Part shown: piece after piece, positions 1-13,600 of the stretch
Position numbering within the stretch: the first letter of the stretch is position 1
How the letters are laid out: each line of letters opens with the position of its first letter
Origin: Pocillopora damicornis
Taxonomy: Eukaryota
Direction: 5' to 3'
Length of the DNA: 64,000 nucleotides
Assembly: GCF_003704095.1 (NCBI RefSeq)
Contig: NW_020847002.1
Span: 186,001-250,000, forward strand
Program-made: the position numbers and the translations under genes
The notes under the pieces: model-generated
What the model saw: the letters and a program-made list of their open reading frames with translations, nothing else
The model's database searches: none
Told to the model about the DNA's origin: nothing

Positions 1-1054
1 AGAATCTGCATCAAGAGCCCTTCATTAAACTCTTGCCAAGGTCATTGTGCCTTTGTATTTTTAAGGAAAGACACCTTGCTAAGATAGTGCTGCCATGAAT
101 GGTGTGTAACATATAGAGTACCAATGACAGCCTGTAAGAGTAGAAGGGAGAGTAATAAACAAAGTACTTATGACAATGTGTCAAAGTATAGCATGGAGAA
201 AGTTATTGGGAGCAGTTCATGTTTCGAGGATGATTTATAATGGCCCTAATACAGTGTCATTGCAACTAACTGGGGAGTACTAAGGATGAGAACTGGTACA
301 GTAACTGTTAAGAGGGTAACCTGTCATGACATTACTATGACACATGTCAACGGCAACGACAGTTACGGCAAATCAGCCTCTAAGACTTAAACTATATCAG
401 CCAGTCGCCAGCAAGGAAGTCTCCTAATTGTAGTGCTGATAAAATCAATCGTTGGAGGAAAAGGCGATAACATATTTTCGTAATTAACCCGTGGAAAAAT
501 TGCCATATCAGCACTATTCAACGTCGACATTACATAGAAGCAATTTACTTAAAGCATCTGGCTAGGGATTACTGAGGATTGGGGGAGGCCTTTTACACAA
601 ATTCAAGCACACATAACCCTCTGTCTACTCCGAAATGTAATTCCCTCGTGTGACATGCACGAACTATGCTCGTTTTTTGCAACGCTTTTGCAAGTATCGG
701 GCGAAAGTCATGGAAGTGCATTGGAACCTCGATTTCTCCCGATTTCCCGCTCTAGAGGGCAGATGAGAGTAGAAACAACTTACTTTCGCAGAAAAACTTC
801 CCGAAAAATGCTCAGAAAAACGTTCGCAATCTAAAGAAGAACCACACACATGCTCAAGCCAAAGGATAACACCTGTTTCTTTGTCAACCATTCTCATTCT
901 CCTTCCGGTGTAACACTTGTCCCAGATCTTCCTCATCTTATTGGACTGGAACTAACCTTGGTGATGTTATGTGCCGAGTGGATTCTGCATCCAAGGGGTC
1001 AACGATTGAAATTGCGGGTTTCGTTAAATTTTCGGTAGCGATAAGTGATTGAGA

Positions 1055-4000
1055 ATGATTGGGGAGTCGGCAGTAGTGGTTGGATGTAGTTTATACGTGT
1101 TTTGCAGTCAGTTTGAGTTGAAACAAAGCGCTGGTTACATCCTATTCCATGTAACAGGTAAGTGTTATACCGAGTGAAAGCAGCATTCCCTCATCATCCT
1201 CCTGGTATAGTTATTACTGTTTCAGGAGTATCTCGATTAAAGATTAAAGATCATATGAGTAAATATATGGGGAAGCATGATAATCACAAATCTCGTCGTT
1301 CTGTTGGCCTATATATATAAAATTTTAATCGCCTCTCACTAAGTCGGAAGAATTTTAACTTTCATATTAATTTCTGATATATGCGTTTAAATGCTCTCCA
1401 TTGTTTTTGTCTTAGTTTTTTTGGTCGCTTGTATTCCATCGGTGAAGTGGACTGCAGGGATAAGAAAATGGTTTGATTTAAGGTGAGTAACACTCTTGGT
1501 TTTTTTATCCAGTATGTGATTGCCTGTCTTGATCATGGATTCAAACTGAATAATTAGATCTTATCTTAATCGCTTATTTTGAGAAGCACTTTGTACAATA
1601 TTTAGGCCAATTGCTAGAGACGGCATGGAAATTGGTTCACTTCTAGTTCCCATGGTGATCACAAGTCAAATGGCATTTCTCGAGAAATGGGACAGTAAAT
1701 ACATGTATCTCAAAGTCACAGGTAACAACCAAGTTCACCACATACATAATCTGACAGAGTCTTGTCTGTATTATTTTGCAAAGTTACTGATAAATGGTTT
1801 TTGTCAAATTTTTTCCCTTAGAGGTGGAAAGATCTTATCTGTTGGCTTCTCAGTTGATGGGCATGTTCACTGCCTCCATTCTGCTGATTATAAATCATGT
1901 GAAACCTATGATGTCATCAGTCTTCTTTTTTATGGTCACGGCCTGTATAGCAGCTACAATAGGTGTTCAGCTGGGTATGCACAGTTCAATTTTAGTTTAT
2001 CCATCATTGAGCATTAAAAATTAATTTGAGGTATATCCTCTGGTAACCTTTTACAGGAACATTGTAAATCATGGCAAAAACTTTCTTGTGTTTGAACTTG
2101 CTTATGAGGGTTTGGGACACAGATCTAAAGTAACATTAGATTTAGAAGGTAGGATCCAAATGCCAATTGCAGTGTTTTGGTACTGTAAAAGGGAAAAATG
2201 CAAAGAATGATGGGTCAGGTAAGTAAATGTGTGTTGATGCTATATTGTACACAAGTAATCCCCAAAAGTGGCTGCATTTATTTTGTAATATGGGGTTTAT
2301 GGCCTTTTTCATTACAGATGTTGATATTATGTGGGTGTCCATAAGTGTGTTGCTATACTTTGTTGCTCTCTTTGCCATCTTGCGGTGGATACCAGGATGT
2401 TTTACCATTGGTGAGGCCATGATTGTGACACAAGCAGTTGTTTTGGTGGCAATTGATTCATATGCAAACCTAGGAATAAAGGTAAACATGCAAGTAAAAG
2501 ATTAAGTGCCATTAGAAACAGTTTTAGGAATGCTATATGTGTAGGAAGTAAAGTTTTGACCAAAGTTTTTCATTGGAATTTTAGGCTCATACTGAAATTC
2601 AGAATCATCTGTTTTCAGTTAGTATACATTTCACCAACCTTCTATAATCTGTTTGGAATTCATGCTGAGGTTGCAAGAGGAACTCTTACTTTGTGGATGC
2701 AGGTAACATATACCTTATTCATGTTGTATTTGTTTACTTGGCTCCAAATACTAGTACTAATCAATCCTCATGGCTCAAATTAAATACAGTGGAATCTCCA
2801 TTCAGGGAAAAATCTTAGGACAAAGGCAAGTTTCCTCTGAATATAGGTTGGGTTGTCTAACCCAACATAAAATTTCTTTCTGGAGAACAGATGATCAGGG
2901 GTTGTGTAAAAATCTGAATACAGACAAGTCTACCGATTGTTATCGTGTCCACTGATTACTTTTATGTGTCAATTGTTTACTTAAGAAATCTCTCTATACT
3001 CAAAAATCTCTATCTTGACATTCAGCTTTTGTTGGTTGGATCATTGACAACTGGTCTTCTCCTTCTACCAGTGTTTTACTATCTCTCTTTAGTAAGGTGA
3101 GTCTTGATATGAGGTAAAATTTGTAACTGGATGTAAAGAAAAGCTTGTGATAGGAACAGCATAGGTTTGGTAAGTTACTTAGGCACATCAAATTAGCCTT
3201 CTTACTATACAAAATCTGTTGCATCTGGAAGTACTGTTTCTAGTGCTGAATGGGAAGATAGTCTGTCCAAGGTTATTTTAATTGCTACCCAACATTGGTA
3301 TTTATATTCTTCACACTGTTCTGTTGGACAAACAGGAGCCTTTTAACCTGGTGATCATTTCCTTCATTCTCATGACCTTTACATTTGATTTAAGGCTGAC
3401 ACTGTAAGGAGAAATGAGAAGCCAGACACTCTCTGGTCTTAAAGGGTTAAGCATCATATTTGTGTGGTTCATTTGAGTTTGCTTCTGAATCTCAAGAATA
3501 GAGAGAGAAAAAAAGGCCTTTTGGAACAGAGAAATGTGTCACCCTGATAGTAACTGTCACATATAGATGATTGTCTTTACATAATCTTACTTAGCAGTCA
3601 GAGTAAATCATTATCCTTATGGTTCAGGCCTCTGTTTCTGGGGTGAGCTTGATTTTTGATCAGTTATTCACATGTACTGTTTGCTTTCTAGGGACTATTG
3701 GGAGAGATTAACTGGTTACATGGCTTTCTATGCTGTATTGTTGTTTACATTCTTTGCTCTCCTGTTGCCATGGTCTGTGCTCATTTTGGGTGGCATCAAT
3801 CCATTTGTGTGGCTATGGGACTATTTAGACACTGGGAACATTAGGGTAAAGCTGCCTGTCAAACTTCTACAAATTATTTAAATACAATTGTATCCATCAG
3901 TCATTGTATGTGAACTGCAATGAAAAATCTTACAAAGTCTATGCTGTTTTGGACAAACAAAGCATTTTAAATTTGAATTTTTGTTAATCCTAATTAATGA

Positions 4001-6537
4001 TCACTAAATTATTAACAGTGATATTTAATGTGATTCTAATCTCATTGCTGAATGATTAAAATGTAAAATAAAATAAAAATTAAAAAAAGTAAAGGTAAAG
4101 AATCCAATCCAACCGTGCGTCGGTGGTGCGTCGGTGGTGCGTCGGTGGTGCGTCGTTGGTGCGTTGGTGGTGCGTCGCTGGTGTGTCGGTGTCTTTGTTT
4201 GGACCTTATTTATGTAAATCAATGCTAAACCTTCCTTTTCCACACTTGTCTGTAATTAATGTATCATTAAAGATTCCCAGACAGATTCACTGTCTCGTTT
4301 GTTCGTTGTGTTGTAGGAGAGCAATGAGGCGGGGAATAATCATAAGTTTTAAAAAAGTCTCAAGAAAAACAGGAGTTCGAGTTGCGTTTGCTCTTTTGAT
4401 CGCTTTGTATCGCAAACTGTCTCCTAGTACTGACTTTTCAAACAGACACAGAACAAGGTATTAGCCTCAAACCGTTTTTTCTAAATCGTTAATGCCAAAG
4501 TACACGTAGTTTTTCCCGATCTTGTTTATTTCTATTTTTTTAAAAAAATTAAATTCGTGTTTGTATTTCTTGCAGATGCCGCTAGTTCGTTACTGGTTTT
4601 GTGTCGTTTTTGTAGCTGTAGGGTTTGTTGCATGGAAAAGTCTGCGACGTCAATCATCGCCAAATGCCTCTGGCACGATAACTCGTAAAGTTTTCCACCT
4701 CTTGGCGTTAGCGATCTACATACCAGGCGTGATTTACGAGCCAAACATAACCCATCTAGCTTCATCCGTCGCTGTTGCAGCTTTTCTATTTATAGAGGTA
4801 AGTGAAGGAGGATGTTGGTTTGTTGTGCCGTCCTTGATCACCTTTTCCTTGACTTATCCTCGGCTAAGAACCTGTTACGTTCACGTAGAATCCAAAAGAA
4901 CAGGGCTCAGATAGATAACAGTCACAAAACGGGTAAAAATCTTTCAGTACTTACATGGAGGTAAATCCATTTTTTCTCATTCTAGAGATACTCTCTTGTA
5001 AATCTTCTTTGAATAATCTAATGTGAATAATTACTCAACTTACTTGTTGCCTTGTAACATTAATTTCACAAACCTTACTGAGTTTTATCCAAAATTGTGG
5101 CTCACAAGTATTGTCGCCGCCCCCGCCCCCCGCCCCCCGCCCCCCCCCCTCCATAACAAACTCGAAATAACGTGTTTCAAGGCCATTACGTTGGACGTGA
5201 AATATCAGAACATAACCCTGGAAAAAAAATTGTGAACATGTTTTGAATTTTGTTTCCCAGTACATCCGATTGTACAGAATAGGACCGTTTGGTGAAACAA
5301 TTCACTCAGCACTTGAGGTGTTCTTAGATGAGAAAGATTCTGGGCCACTCATTCTAACCCACTTGTATTTGTTACTGGGCTTTGCTGTGCCGTTGTGGTT
5401 ATATCCTGTCGATTACCTGAAGAGTGACTCCACTGGTAAGTTCGGTTTCTCGATAAGATCCATTCCGATAGAGGAAAAAAGAACAGAAGTTCCATTACAG
5501 TAAATGGTTTGAACCCGGGGGTAACATGTAATAGTGTAGTTTGATCGTCCGGGTGGGTGTAGTCCTGAGAAGGACTGTTGTCGGTAGTGGTGACTGACGT
5601 TTGGACAACCTGAGAAACGTCAGTCATCACTACCGACAACAGTCCTTCTCAGGACTACACTCACCCGGACGATCAAACTACACTATTACATGGAAGTTCC
5701 ATTAATGCTTGTTAGGGCGCGGTTGGCCTGGGATCTATTCTCGTCAGGTTACTGTGAATTTGTTTGTCCAATCACAGGCTGCAAGCTTGCACTGTATTCT
5801 GGGATCCTTTCCCTTGGTATTGGCGACACGATGGCATCTGTTGTTGGGAAAAGATTTGGACGCTGTCGCTGGCCGGGTGAGTATCTTAAAACTTCCTAAA
5901 GACGCTAGGATTTGCTTTAAATGCGCCTTTGTTTCTGTTTATGGGCTAAAAATTTGCCTTATTTCACTTAAGGTGGAGTGAAAACTGTGGAAGGAACATT
6001 AGCTGGTATCGCATCGCAAATGTTGTTTCTTTGGAGTCTCCATCATAAAGGTTAAACACTATCTATTTCGTATCATATTTCAGACATTAAATTCTTGTAT
6101 TTTGCTTAATATCAGCTGTTAGAGACGTTTGCGAGGTTTATAAACTTCTTTCTCCCAGCGAATCCTGTCTGATTAAGGCCCCGATCAGACAAGCAATATA
6201 AAACTTATGAAGCTCTCCGCAACAATAAGAAGGCAAAACTGAGATTTCTCCAGTAGAGCCCTCAAGTTCTTATCGAAAGAAAATGTGAGTGAGCTACCCA
6301 AGGTTCCCCACCCCTCTCTCGCCTTCGGGAAATATCAACATTTTCTCTTCTGTATTGCAAATTATGTTTTTTTTTTGTTTTTTTTTTCCAGGTTTTCTAT
6401 TTTTACCAGAAGAACGATGGTTACCAGTATCCATGGCGATAATTTCCGGGTCTGTGCTCGAGGGATGGACAACACAGATTGATAACATCGTACTCTCGCC
6501 TTTCTTATGCTCGCTTCTAATGTTCAAATGTAGATAG
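1055..6537 (+). CDS. DOLK: Dolichol kinase, 13 exons, ~543 aa
   Basis: Exons 1055-1157, 1416-1482, 1606-1721, 1822-1974, 2318-2481, 2619-2702, 3026-3096, 3692-3845, 4576-4797, 5261-5435, 5778-5876, 5973-6050, 6392-6537. All introns are GT-AG and the total (1632 nt) is in frame. DOLK/CTP-transferase motifs: CFTIGEA, RKVFH, FLDEKDSGPLILTHLYLLLG, GIGDTMASVVG, KTVEGT, TTQIDN. Confidence 0.93.
4114..4192. repeat. 11-bp minisatellite (GGTGCGTCGGT)n, ~7 degenerate units, in DOLK intron 8
   Basis: Directly visible tandem units gtgcgtcggtg, decaying towards the 3' end. Confidence 0.85.
5500..5692. mobile_element. Near-perfect ~78-bp-arm inverted repeat in DOLK intron 10, probably derived from a Penelope-like terminal repeat
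   Basis: 5525-5602 (catgtaatagtgtagtttgatcgtccggg...gactgacgttt) is the reverse complement of ~5615-5692 with few mismatches. The right arm begins at GAAACGTC, the hammerhead cleavage-site motif seen in the other Penelope-like repeats here. Confidence 0.7.
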
Positions 6538-7517
6538 GACATTGTTTAACCAATGCTGCGGAGAACAGAACGTTGTATGCTGATATTTATAACAAACAGA
6601 CGCGTTTGTTATATGTGTGTACTTCCCCAACCATCCCCATTCACCATTAACGTGAAATATTCGCTGTCATTTTCGGCAGATGGTGCTGAAATTGTGGTAA
6701 TATCCAAATAGCAGGATGCAAATCAGTTTTTGTGTTTGTTTGTTGTTTTTTTTTTTTAATGTAGGTTGGCACTTTCATACAGTATTTCATTTTGACCAAG
6801 TGTCCAATTATCTTGTGACTTCATAGATCGATGGTCGATACTCTACAATAGACCATGAGTCAAAATTCTAGGCACCTTGATCCTTTTGTGGTCAGCACAT
6901 GAAAGTGAAAACAAGTCACAACGGTAAACCATGGAAATATAAAAGATTTAAGTATGCAGACTTTCGTTTTTGTATTATGGTTTGCACTGAGTTCAATTAG
7001 TCTCTTTTTAATATGCATCATTGGGATCTTTCGTAGAAGCAGTCTCTCAGATCACTTTGTGCGTAGCATTTCACGCTAAGAAGCTTAATCATAACGATTG
7101 AAATCAAATTCCCAATACCCTTCAACGTACCATTAGACCTCTGAAATTTGACCATCCGCCACTAATTTATGAAAGTCAGGAAGTTGATCGCCAAAAGGAA
7201 CAACAAAACATACAAAACACTTATCATGATTACTCAGAATCCGAAACTTCGATAAGTATTTCCTTATAAGGGTTAATATTTTACGGAAACTGAAAAATTA
7301 AATTTCACCAAGCGTAAAGAGAGACAAATTGTCTTTCATGGAACACTTAGTACAGGCTTCTTTTTGTCCAAGAATAAACCTGAAATTGAACGAAAACTTT
7401 CTCAGGGGAACCGTCATTTTTACTTCGGGAACTACGAAAGTTATTCAACTACTTCTCGTTCACATACAATTTGTTTACGTATGAAACTGCACGTATGTTA
7501 TGACGACTTTTCCCCTT

Positions 7518-7620
7518 TGACGTCATATAGCACTGCACATTTTCAAGCTACCATTCCTTTTATAGATGCAGCATTATTTCAAGAGTTCGTCAGCCGGAAG
7601 TTAGCAAGAAAGTCACGTGA
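7518..7620 (+). promoter_or_regulatory. Proximal promoter motifs of the SH2 adaptor gene (CRE, ETS, E-box)
   Basis: TGACGTCA at 7518-7525, CCGGAAGT at 7594-7601 and GTCACGTGA at 7612-7620, all within 180 bp upstream of the ATG at 7693. Confidence 0.45.
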
Positions 7621-7692
7621 GATAAGGCAGCTTTCGAGCTTGTGTCGTCACATCCTCTCGTAGCCATTATGATCACGGAGCTCGGGTGAAAC

Positions 7693-10600
7693 ATGTCTAA
7701 TATTGGAAAACTATTCAAAATTAAAGGAACTAGACCTCCTAGGCCACCGAAGAGGGATTACGATGAGAATAGGAGTTCTAGTGATTGCTCTGAAGACGAT
7801 GAAAGCTATTCAGACCCGGCCACTGTCCATCCAACGTTATCGCCGAATGAGAGTCCTGTAATGCCCAGTTACCCTCCTCCGAGACCAAACCATTCGCCCG
7901 CTAATCGCCGCGTTCACGATGCAGGAAAAAGGGCTTCAGTGCCTGTTACGTTTGGCCAGTCGATTAAACCTACCAGATCACAGAGACCACAAAGTGCAGA
8001 GCTTTTGCAGCAGGGAAAAATGCCTGTACCTGGGCCAAGATTCGGCTCGAAGGTACGAAATTATTTTCTGAGTTGTTATTAATATCCGCCCGCAAGCCTT
8101 ATGTAAGCTTGCTCGTATCATTTTAATTATTTTAATTCCTCGATCTCATCATTTTTTTTTTTCATTCAAATGTAAATAATTTCCCAGCGAGATTTAATGT
8201 AAAGTTTGAACGAAATATTTTAAGAATTGACACCATGTAGTGTACTTTAGTTTGATGAACGAATAGCTGATCATGGAGCAGTTGCGAAATATTCACCTCT
8301 TCGCAGATTTCAGCATGCACACATTCACTTCTTAAATAAGTTAATCCATTAACTTTTTTGTGGGCGATGTGGGGGTAAATATCAATTATAAATGTGTACA
8401 ACGACCTATGATGATTCCACACACGATATAGCTATTAATGGAACATTCCACACAACTCAATGTCACATGTATCTTGGATGTACTTGTCTTCTTGTGTCTG
8501 TTTACGAATTTCAGACGAGGTTGATTTTTATTTTCCATTATTTGATATAATATTATAATTATAGTATATTATACACGATAATGATTCTCAAACGGATATG
8601 AAAATTTCCACAATATAAAGGTATTTCCACTGACATATTTAGTCGTAGACAAATATCAACTAAAAATAACATTTATTTCATTTTTTATGTTATTTTAAAG
8701 CTTTCCAGACTATGTTTTGTAAATGTAAATATGGATGAATTCAGTTTCATTGCATTGTCCTTGCCCCTGAAATACATCAATTTAGGTGGTGATTAGTGGT
8801 AGAAATGGTAACTTTCCTCTTTCCTCATTGCTGCAGCATTTGAGCTGTGTCAACCGGGCTGATTTGGCATGCAACTTCCTCTCTGACTGCTATTGTCCAT
8901 GGCTAGCCCAGTTTTAAAGATCTCAGTTTACAACCATGCTATGAATTTTTCCATATGAAAACTCAAGCCCTTATTGCAAAGGTTTCTCTCTGTTCACCTT
9001 AATTTTTGCCCTAACATTTCATATACTAACTGTAACGATACTGATATCTGCACCACGGACAAAGTTAACCCTGTCATTATTAGGAGTTACAAAATTGGAA
9101 TTTCTTATTTAAATATCAATGTATTTTCCAGCAGTTAGTGATGAGAAGAAAAAAATATTCAACTTGAGGATGCTGTGTGATTTAACCTAAATTTTCATGT
9201 ATAAAATTGTGCAGACTACATGGAATAATGGTTATTTTGGAAAAGAAAGAATCTAAGCCAGCACATTTGCCATAAACATCCCTTGACTTGGTAAGAGACA
9301 GAACAAGAGAGAAAAAAATGCCATTTCCCACATTCAATAATCTAAGAACACGTCTTGAGTGAATAATAAGAAAGGCTTATTTCCTCACAGGAAAATTATT
9401 TCTTTATTGGCGTGAGATACAAACCTTGATTTGGAATTAGGAAACATTTTAAGGTACTGATGTTTAGTAAGATGATTTTGATTTGCAGTTCACATATTTA
9501 TTAGAACTTCTTTTCAGTGACAGTACAATAGAGAAAAGTAAAACTTTTAATTTGATCAGAATAAATTAATAGGAAATTTCCCTCCATTTCCTTAATTTGC
9601 TATTTTCAAACCCAGAACCATATTTAAATATTTGACTTGCGCTGGTATGTAGTTAATGTTTGATATGAGAGTTGCTTTGAGTTGTTCATACTATTGAGTG
9701 AAAAAGTTGAGAATTTTTGCAGAGGTAAATTAAGATAGAGATTCTATTGTCATGCAGGTAACAGCATATTTCCTCCTGAGGGTACCAGAAGAAATAAAAA
9801 TCTTTCAACAGGAAATTTTTTTTATTTTAATGGTGGACAAATTGATTGTAAAGTTTTGTGAGCATAAATTTATTTCAGTTTGACCCAACACAGGCAAAGC
9901 AATGACAGGATTCATGAATTATACTCAGTGTATAAGGTTACCTGAGTAGGCTGTGATAAGTCTTTTTGTAAAAGTTTATTAATGTATCAGTCTTTGCGTC
10001 AACATGTGTTGCTTTTTCATAAACACATGCTTCACAACACCCAGCTTACATCATACATGTACAGCTGTATGTAGTTTGACAATTGACTCAAACTCTATCA
10101 AGTATGATAAATTTACAGGCAAATATTGTTCAAGAGACACTGAATATTTGAATAAGCATTTTATAGTTTTTTACCATGGTAGCAAAAATTAATTTCAACT
10201 AGGTAGCTTGTTTTATCAATCAAATGTTAATTCTGTTCTTGATAATTTTTTTCCCTTAATGAAACCATACCCTGTATTCAGAAGAAGCCATCAAAAGCTG
10301 ATAATTTTAGAGATTGAAGATGAATAACTTTGAATTTAGGGGAATTCATTATCTTTAAATTTACCTTTAAACCTGAGCTGAAAAAATCTTTGATCATATC
10401 ATATTTTTACTAAAGCAAGACTTACAAAGTAAACCTCGTGTATTCTGTGGATTTCCTTCCTTCCTTGTCCCTTCTAAACTGCTTGGACTACATTATTAAC
10501 TGAGATTATGTGAATTTGACTTTCAGTTTTTCACTAAAAATTTGCATATTTGAAATCAGTCTGTTTTGGTAAATTTGTTCTTTCAGGTGGCACTATTTTT

Positions 10601-13600
10601 ATTTTTAATTACTTATTATGTCAAGCAGTCAGTCATTCAATAAGAAATTCCCAAACCATTTTGTGGTTAAAAGAAATACTTTTTAAGTGCCTGAAGGTTT
10701 CTGTAGTTAGATCTGGATCATACCTGAGTTAAAATTTACCAGAGAAAGCAGCAAGCCAGCCTCTGTTGTTAGTAATTGGAATTCAGTTTGAAACCACAAC
10801 CCTATGTAAATAGCCTGTTATTTAATTGATGGACGTGTTCTCAGAAGAGACAATACATTTTGCCCCCTGGCTGAAGGACAATTGATTCTCGGCTTCTTCA
10901 TCAGCATGTTCCTTCAAAGATGTAACTGTGTGCGAAGTTGCACATCGGACAGAAATTTCAAGAAAAAGGTAAAAGAATTCTTTATTTAGGTTCTCTGTAT
11001 GATAATTCTGGTAAAATTGTTTGGGTATTCTGGGCGGTTAAATGGTGATTCACAAGCATTTTGGCAGACATTTTTATTGCAGTAGTAATTTATAATCACA
11101 GATGTTTTGTATTCAACCACTGTTGAAAGTATAGGACTACAAGGCACGTTGGTAATTATTTGGCAAAATTTTCAGGGGCTAATGTCATTTAATTTCTTTC
11201 AAAATAATTATTTTTTGAATAAACCTTCCCGTGACAAACAAAATACTTGCAGCTCCATGATATTTTAGTGACAGTTGGCTGCATCTATATTACTTGTATA
11301 TGATACACTTTTTATCTCTTAAAATGAAATCTCATTCATAAATTTTTCAATTGAGTTTGAGATTTCAATATATTTTTTTCATACACTCATCAGATAAATT
11401 ATGTTCCTAGTCTTACAAGAGTGAAAAATTTCTACATATTTCATATTTTCAATCCAGTTCATAAAGGGGCTCTGGTTTCAATTGAACCTAGTGTTTCACA
11501 ATATTCTGTTTATTGCTTCAAGACCATACATGAAGCTATTATATGCATGCATACATGTTTTATCAGACAGAGTTCAAATTGTATTTTGTATATTATATTG
11601 ACTAGTTTATATTTCATCTCTTTGCTGTATACTCTATAGAGTTTGCTACATTTTTTATCTGCTTAGAATGTCTCAAACTAAAATTGATTCATCATGCTTG
11701 TGTGATATTTTTTCCATTTAGACAGACCTTGTTGATCTCAAATATTTGTTTGACTTTTTCCATAATTTTATGTCAAAGAGCTTTGTTCATAATTTGCATA
11801 CAACATGTGGCACTTTACTCTGATTACTGCTTCCACTCTGATTCCCTTTTAAAATTTAAAACCACATGGATACTGGTGGATAATTATTTTATAGTTAGGC
11901 ACATCTTTTACTACTACAGTAGATAGAATTATTGGTTGGAAGCATAGGAATCTTGTAGAAACAATTTTTTCCTCAAAGGACAACATTGTTTCAGCTATGC
12001 AGGTGTTTGTGGCTTTCTTTTTAATGTTTAGGATGAATAACTTGCTACAACAGCACATGTTGTGTTATGCTGTACTTGTGTGTTGTAAAATGGTGTAAAA
12101 GAACATAGACTCTATTGGTCATCTTTTACTTTTCTTTCTTTCTTTGTTCATATTTATTTGGTCGGTGAAGAGAGGAAAATCTAAAGTGCTTCACTGAATC
12201 ACCTGCCTTACTAAAAATCTCCTGTACAAAAGAATCTTTGGGTAGGATGCTTTTCACTAGGCTTTGTAAATCAGAAAATTCTCTGGCTAAATTTATGTGG
12301 CCTCAGTTCTAATTTTTTATCCAGATGTGTAGTATGTTCTCCTGTTACTCTAATCTGTTCCTTGCAACAACAGTTCTCAATGAAAATATTTTTTTGTAGC
12401 AAGCCATGCATCCTGAGAAGTTGAAGATTTGTATGTTGAAAATTCTATTATGATAATATTTGTTACAACATGATTAATGGTTAACCTACCACTTTTTTTA
12501 AATCAAGTTTTGCTACTTCCTAGATGCCTGATGACTACTCAGATCCATGGGACGCCAAAAAAGCAATGTCCCCTGGTGGAGACTATTCCGATCCCTGGGA
12601 TGCTACAAACACCCAACCAGGGGCACTCACTGACCCCACTAAGGCTGGAAGAAAGACTTCAAAAGATGATTATATAGACCCCTGGGATGCAAAGGAGGAT
12701 GGAAAAACACAGGTGGAAAGGGTAACAGTTGAGAAAGTTAAGCATCAGAGTAATGAAGACTCAGATGAAGAAAGTTATTCTGAACCTTATGACCTTGGCA
12801 AAGTCACATTGTTAGATGAGCAAGCTAAGAGAATGTCTCTGAGGGGAATGCGTCCATCATCTGTAGACGGAACATTTTCTGAACAGGAGGAAAACAGATT
12901 CAGAAAACACAGTGATACTGGAGCAAAAAAGTAATAATTTTGATCTGTAACTAATTGTCCTTTTCTAGCATCAGATTATGGTACATTTAATTTTTAATGC
13001 AATAAATTCAGCCTGTGTCATTCAGTATTTGTGGCCAGTCATCAGACAAATTTAAAACAGAATGATTTTTTTTGTCAAGTCCAACTGGGCCAAAAAAAAA
13101 AATAACCTAAATTCCTTTTGAACTGTTTTTTTGATTGTCTGAAAGATGTTGACTCTGGTTGAAGTGTTTGCATGGTAAGACTCCTACAGCTAGCTATGTG
13201 AGTATTTCTTAGATTTCCATACTGAACATGTTTTCTTATTTGTGGTCTTGTCAGTTTCATTGCATAATAACAAACATACTTGTGATGACAAACCATGTGA
13301 AAATCAGCCACATTCATTTGATTTTGTCACTCAATGCTCATTGCAAATTATTTTTTGCTTTTGTTATATTTTTGATAAACTATAACATGTCAGAATCCTA
13401 TATTAGCTAAATAGTAAAGTTGAAACAAAAGACTTATTGCCTTTTTTTGAATCAAAGAAACACATTGTGTGTACAATTGTACTTAATATCTTATCTTGAT
13501 CAATATCCATTTTTCAACAGACAACAGTCTCCCAGCAGGGATCAAAGATCAGCAGATGATTATGACTCACCCTGGGAAAGCAAATCTTTTCTGGGAATGC

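Noticed and set aside
1-1040. Possible divergent gene upstream of DOLK (ORF 664-936 minus; exon-like segments near 75-131 and 168-245)
   Set aside because: No recognisable protein, and the exon-like segments hit stops in the frames I could join. It could be UTR or non-coding transcript, but a CDS is not supportable.
4025-4464. ORFs of 72 and 113 aa in DOLK intron 8
   Set aside because: Artefacts of the 11-bp minisatellite and adjacent repeat.
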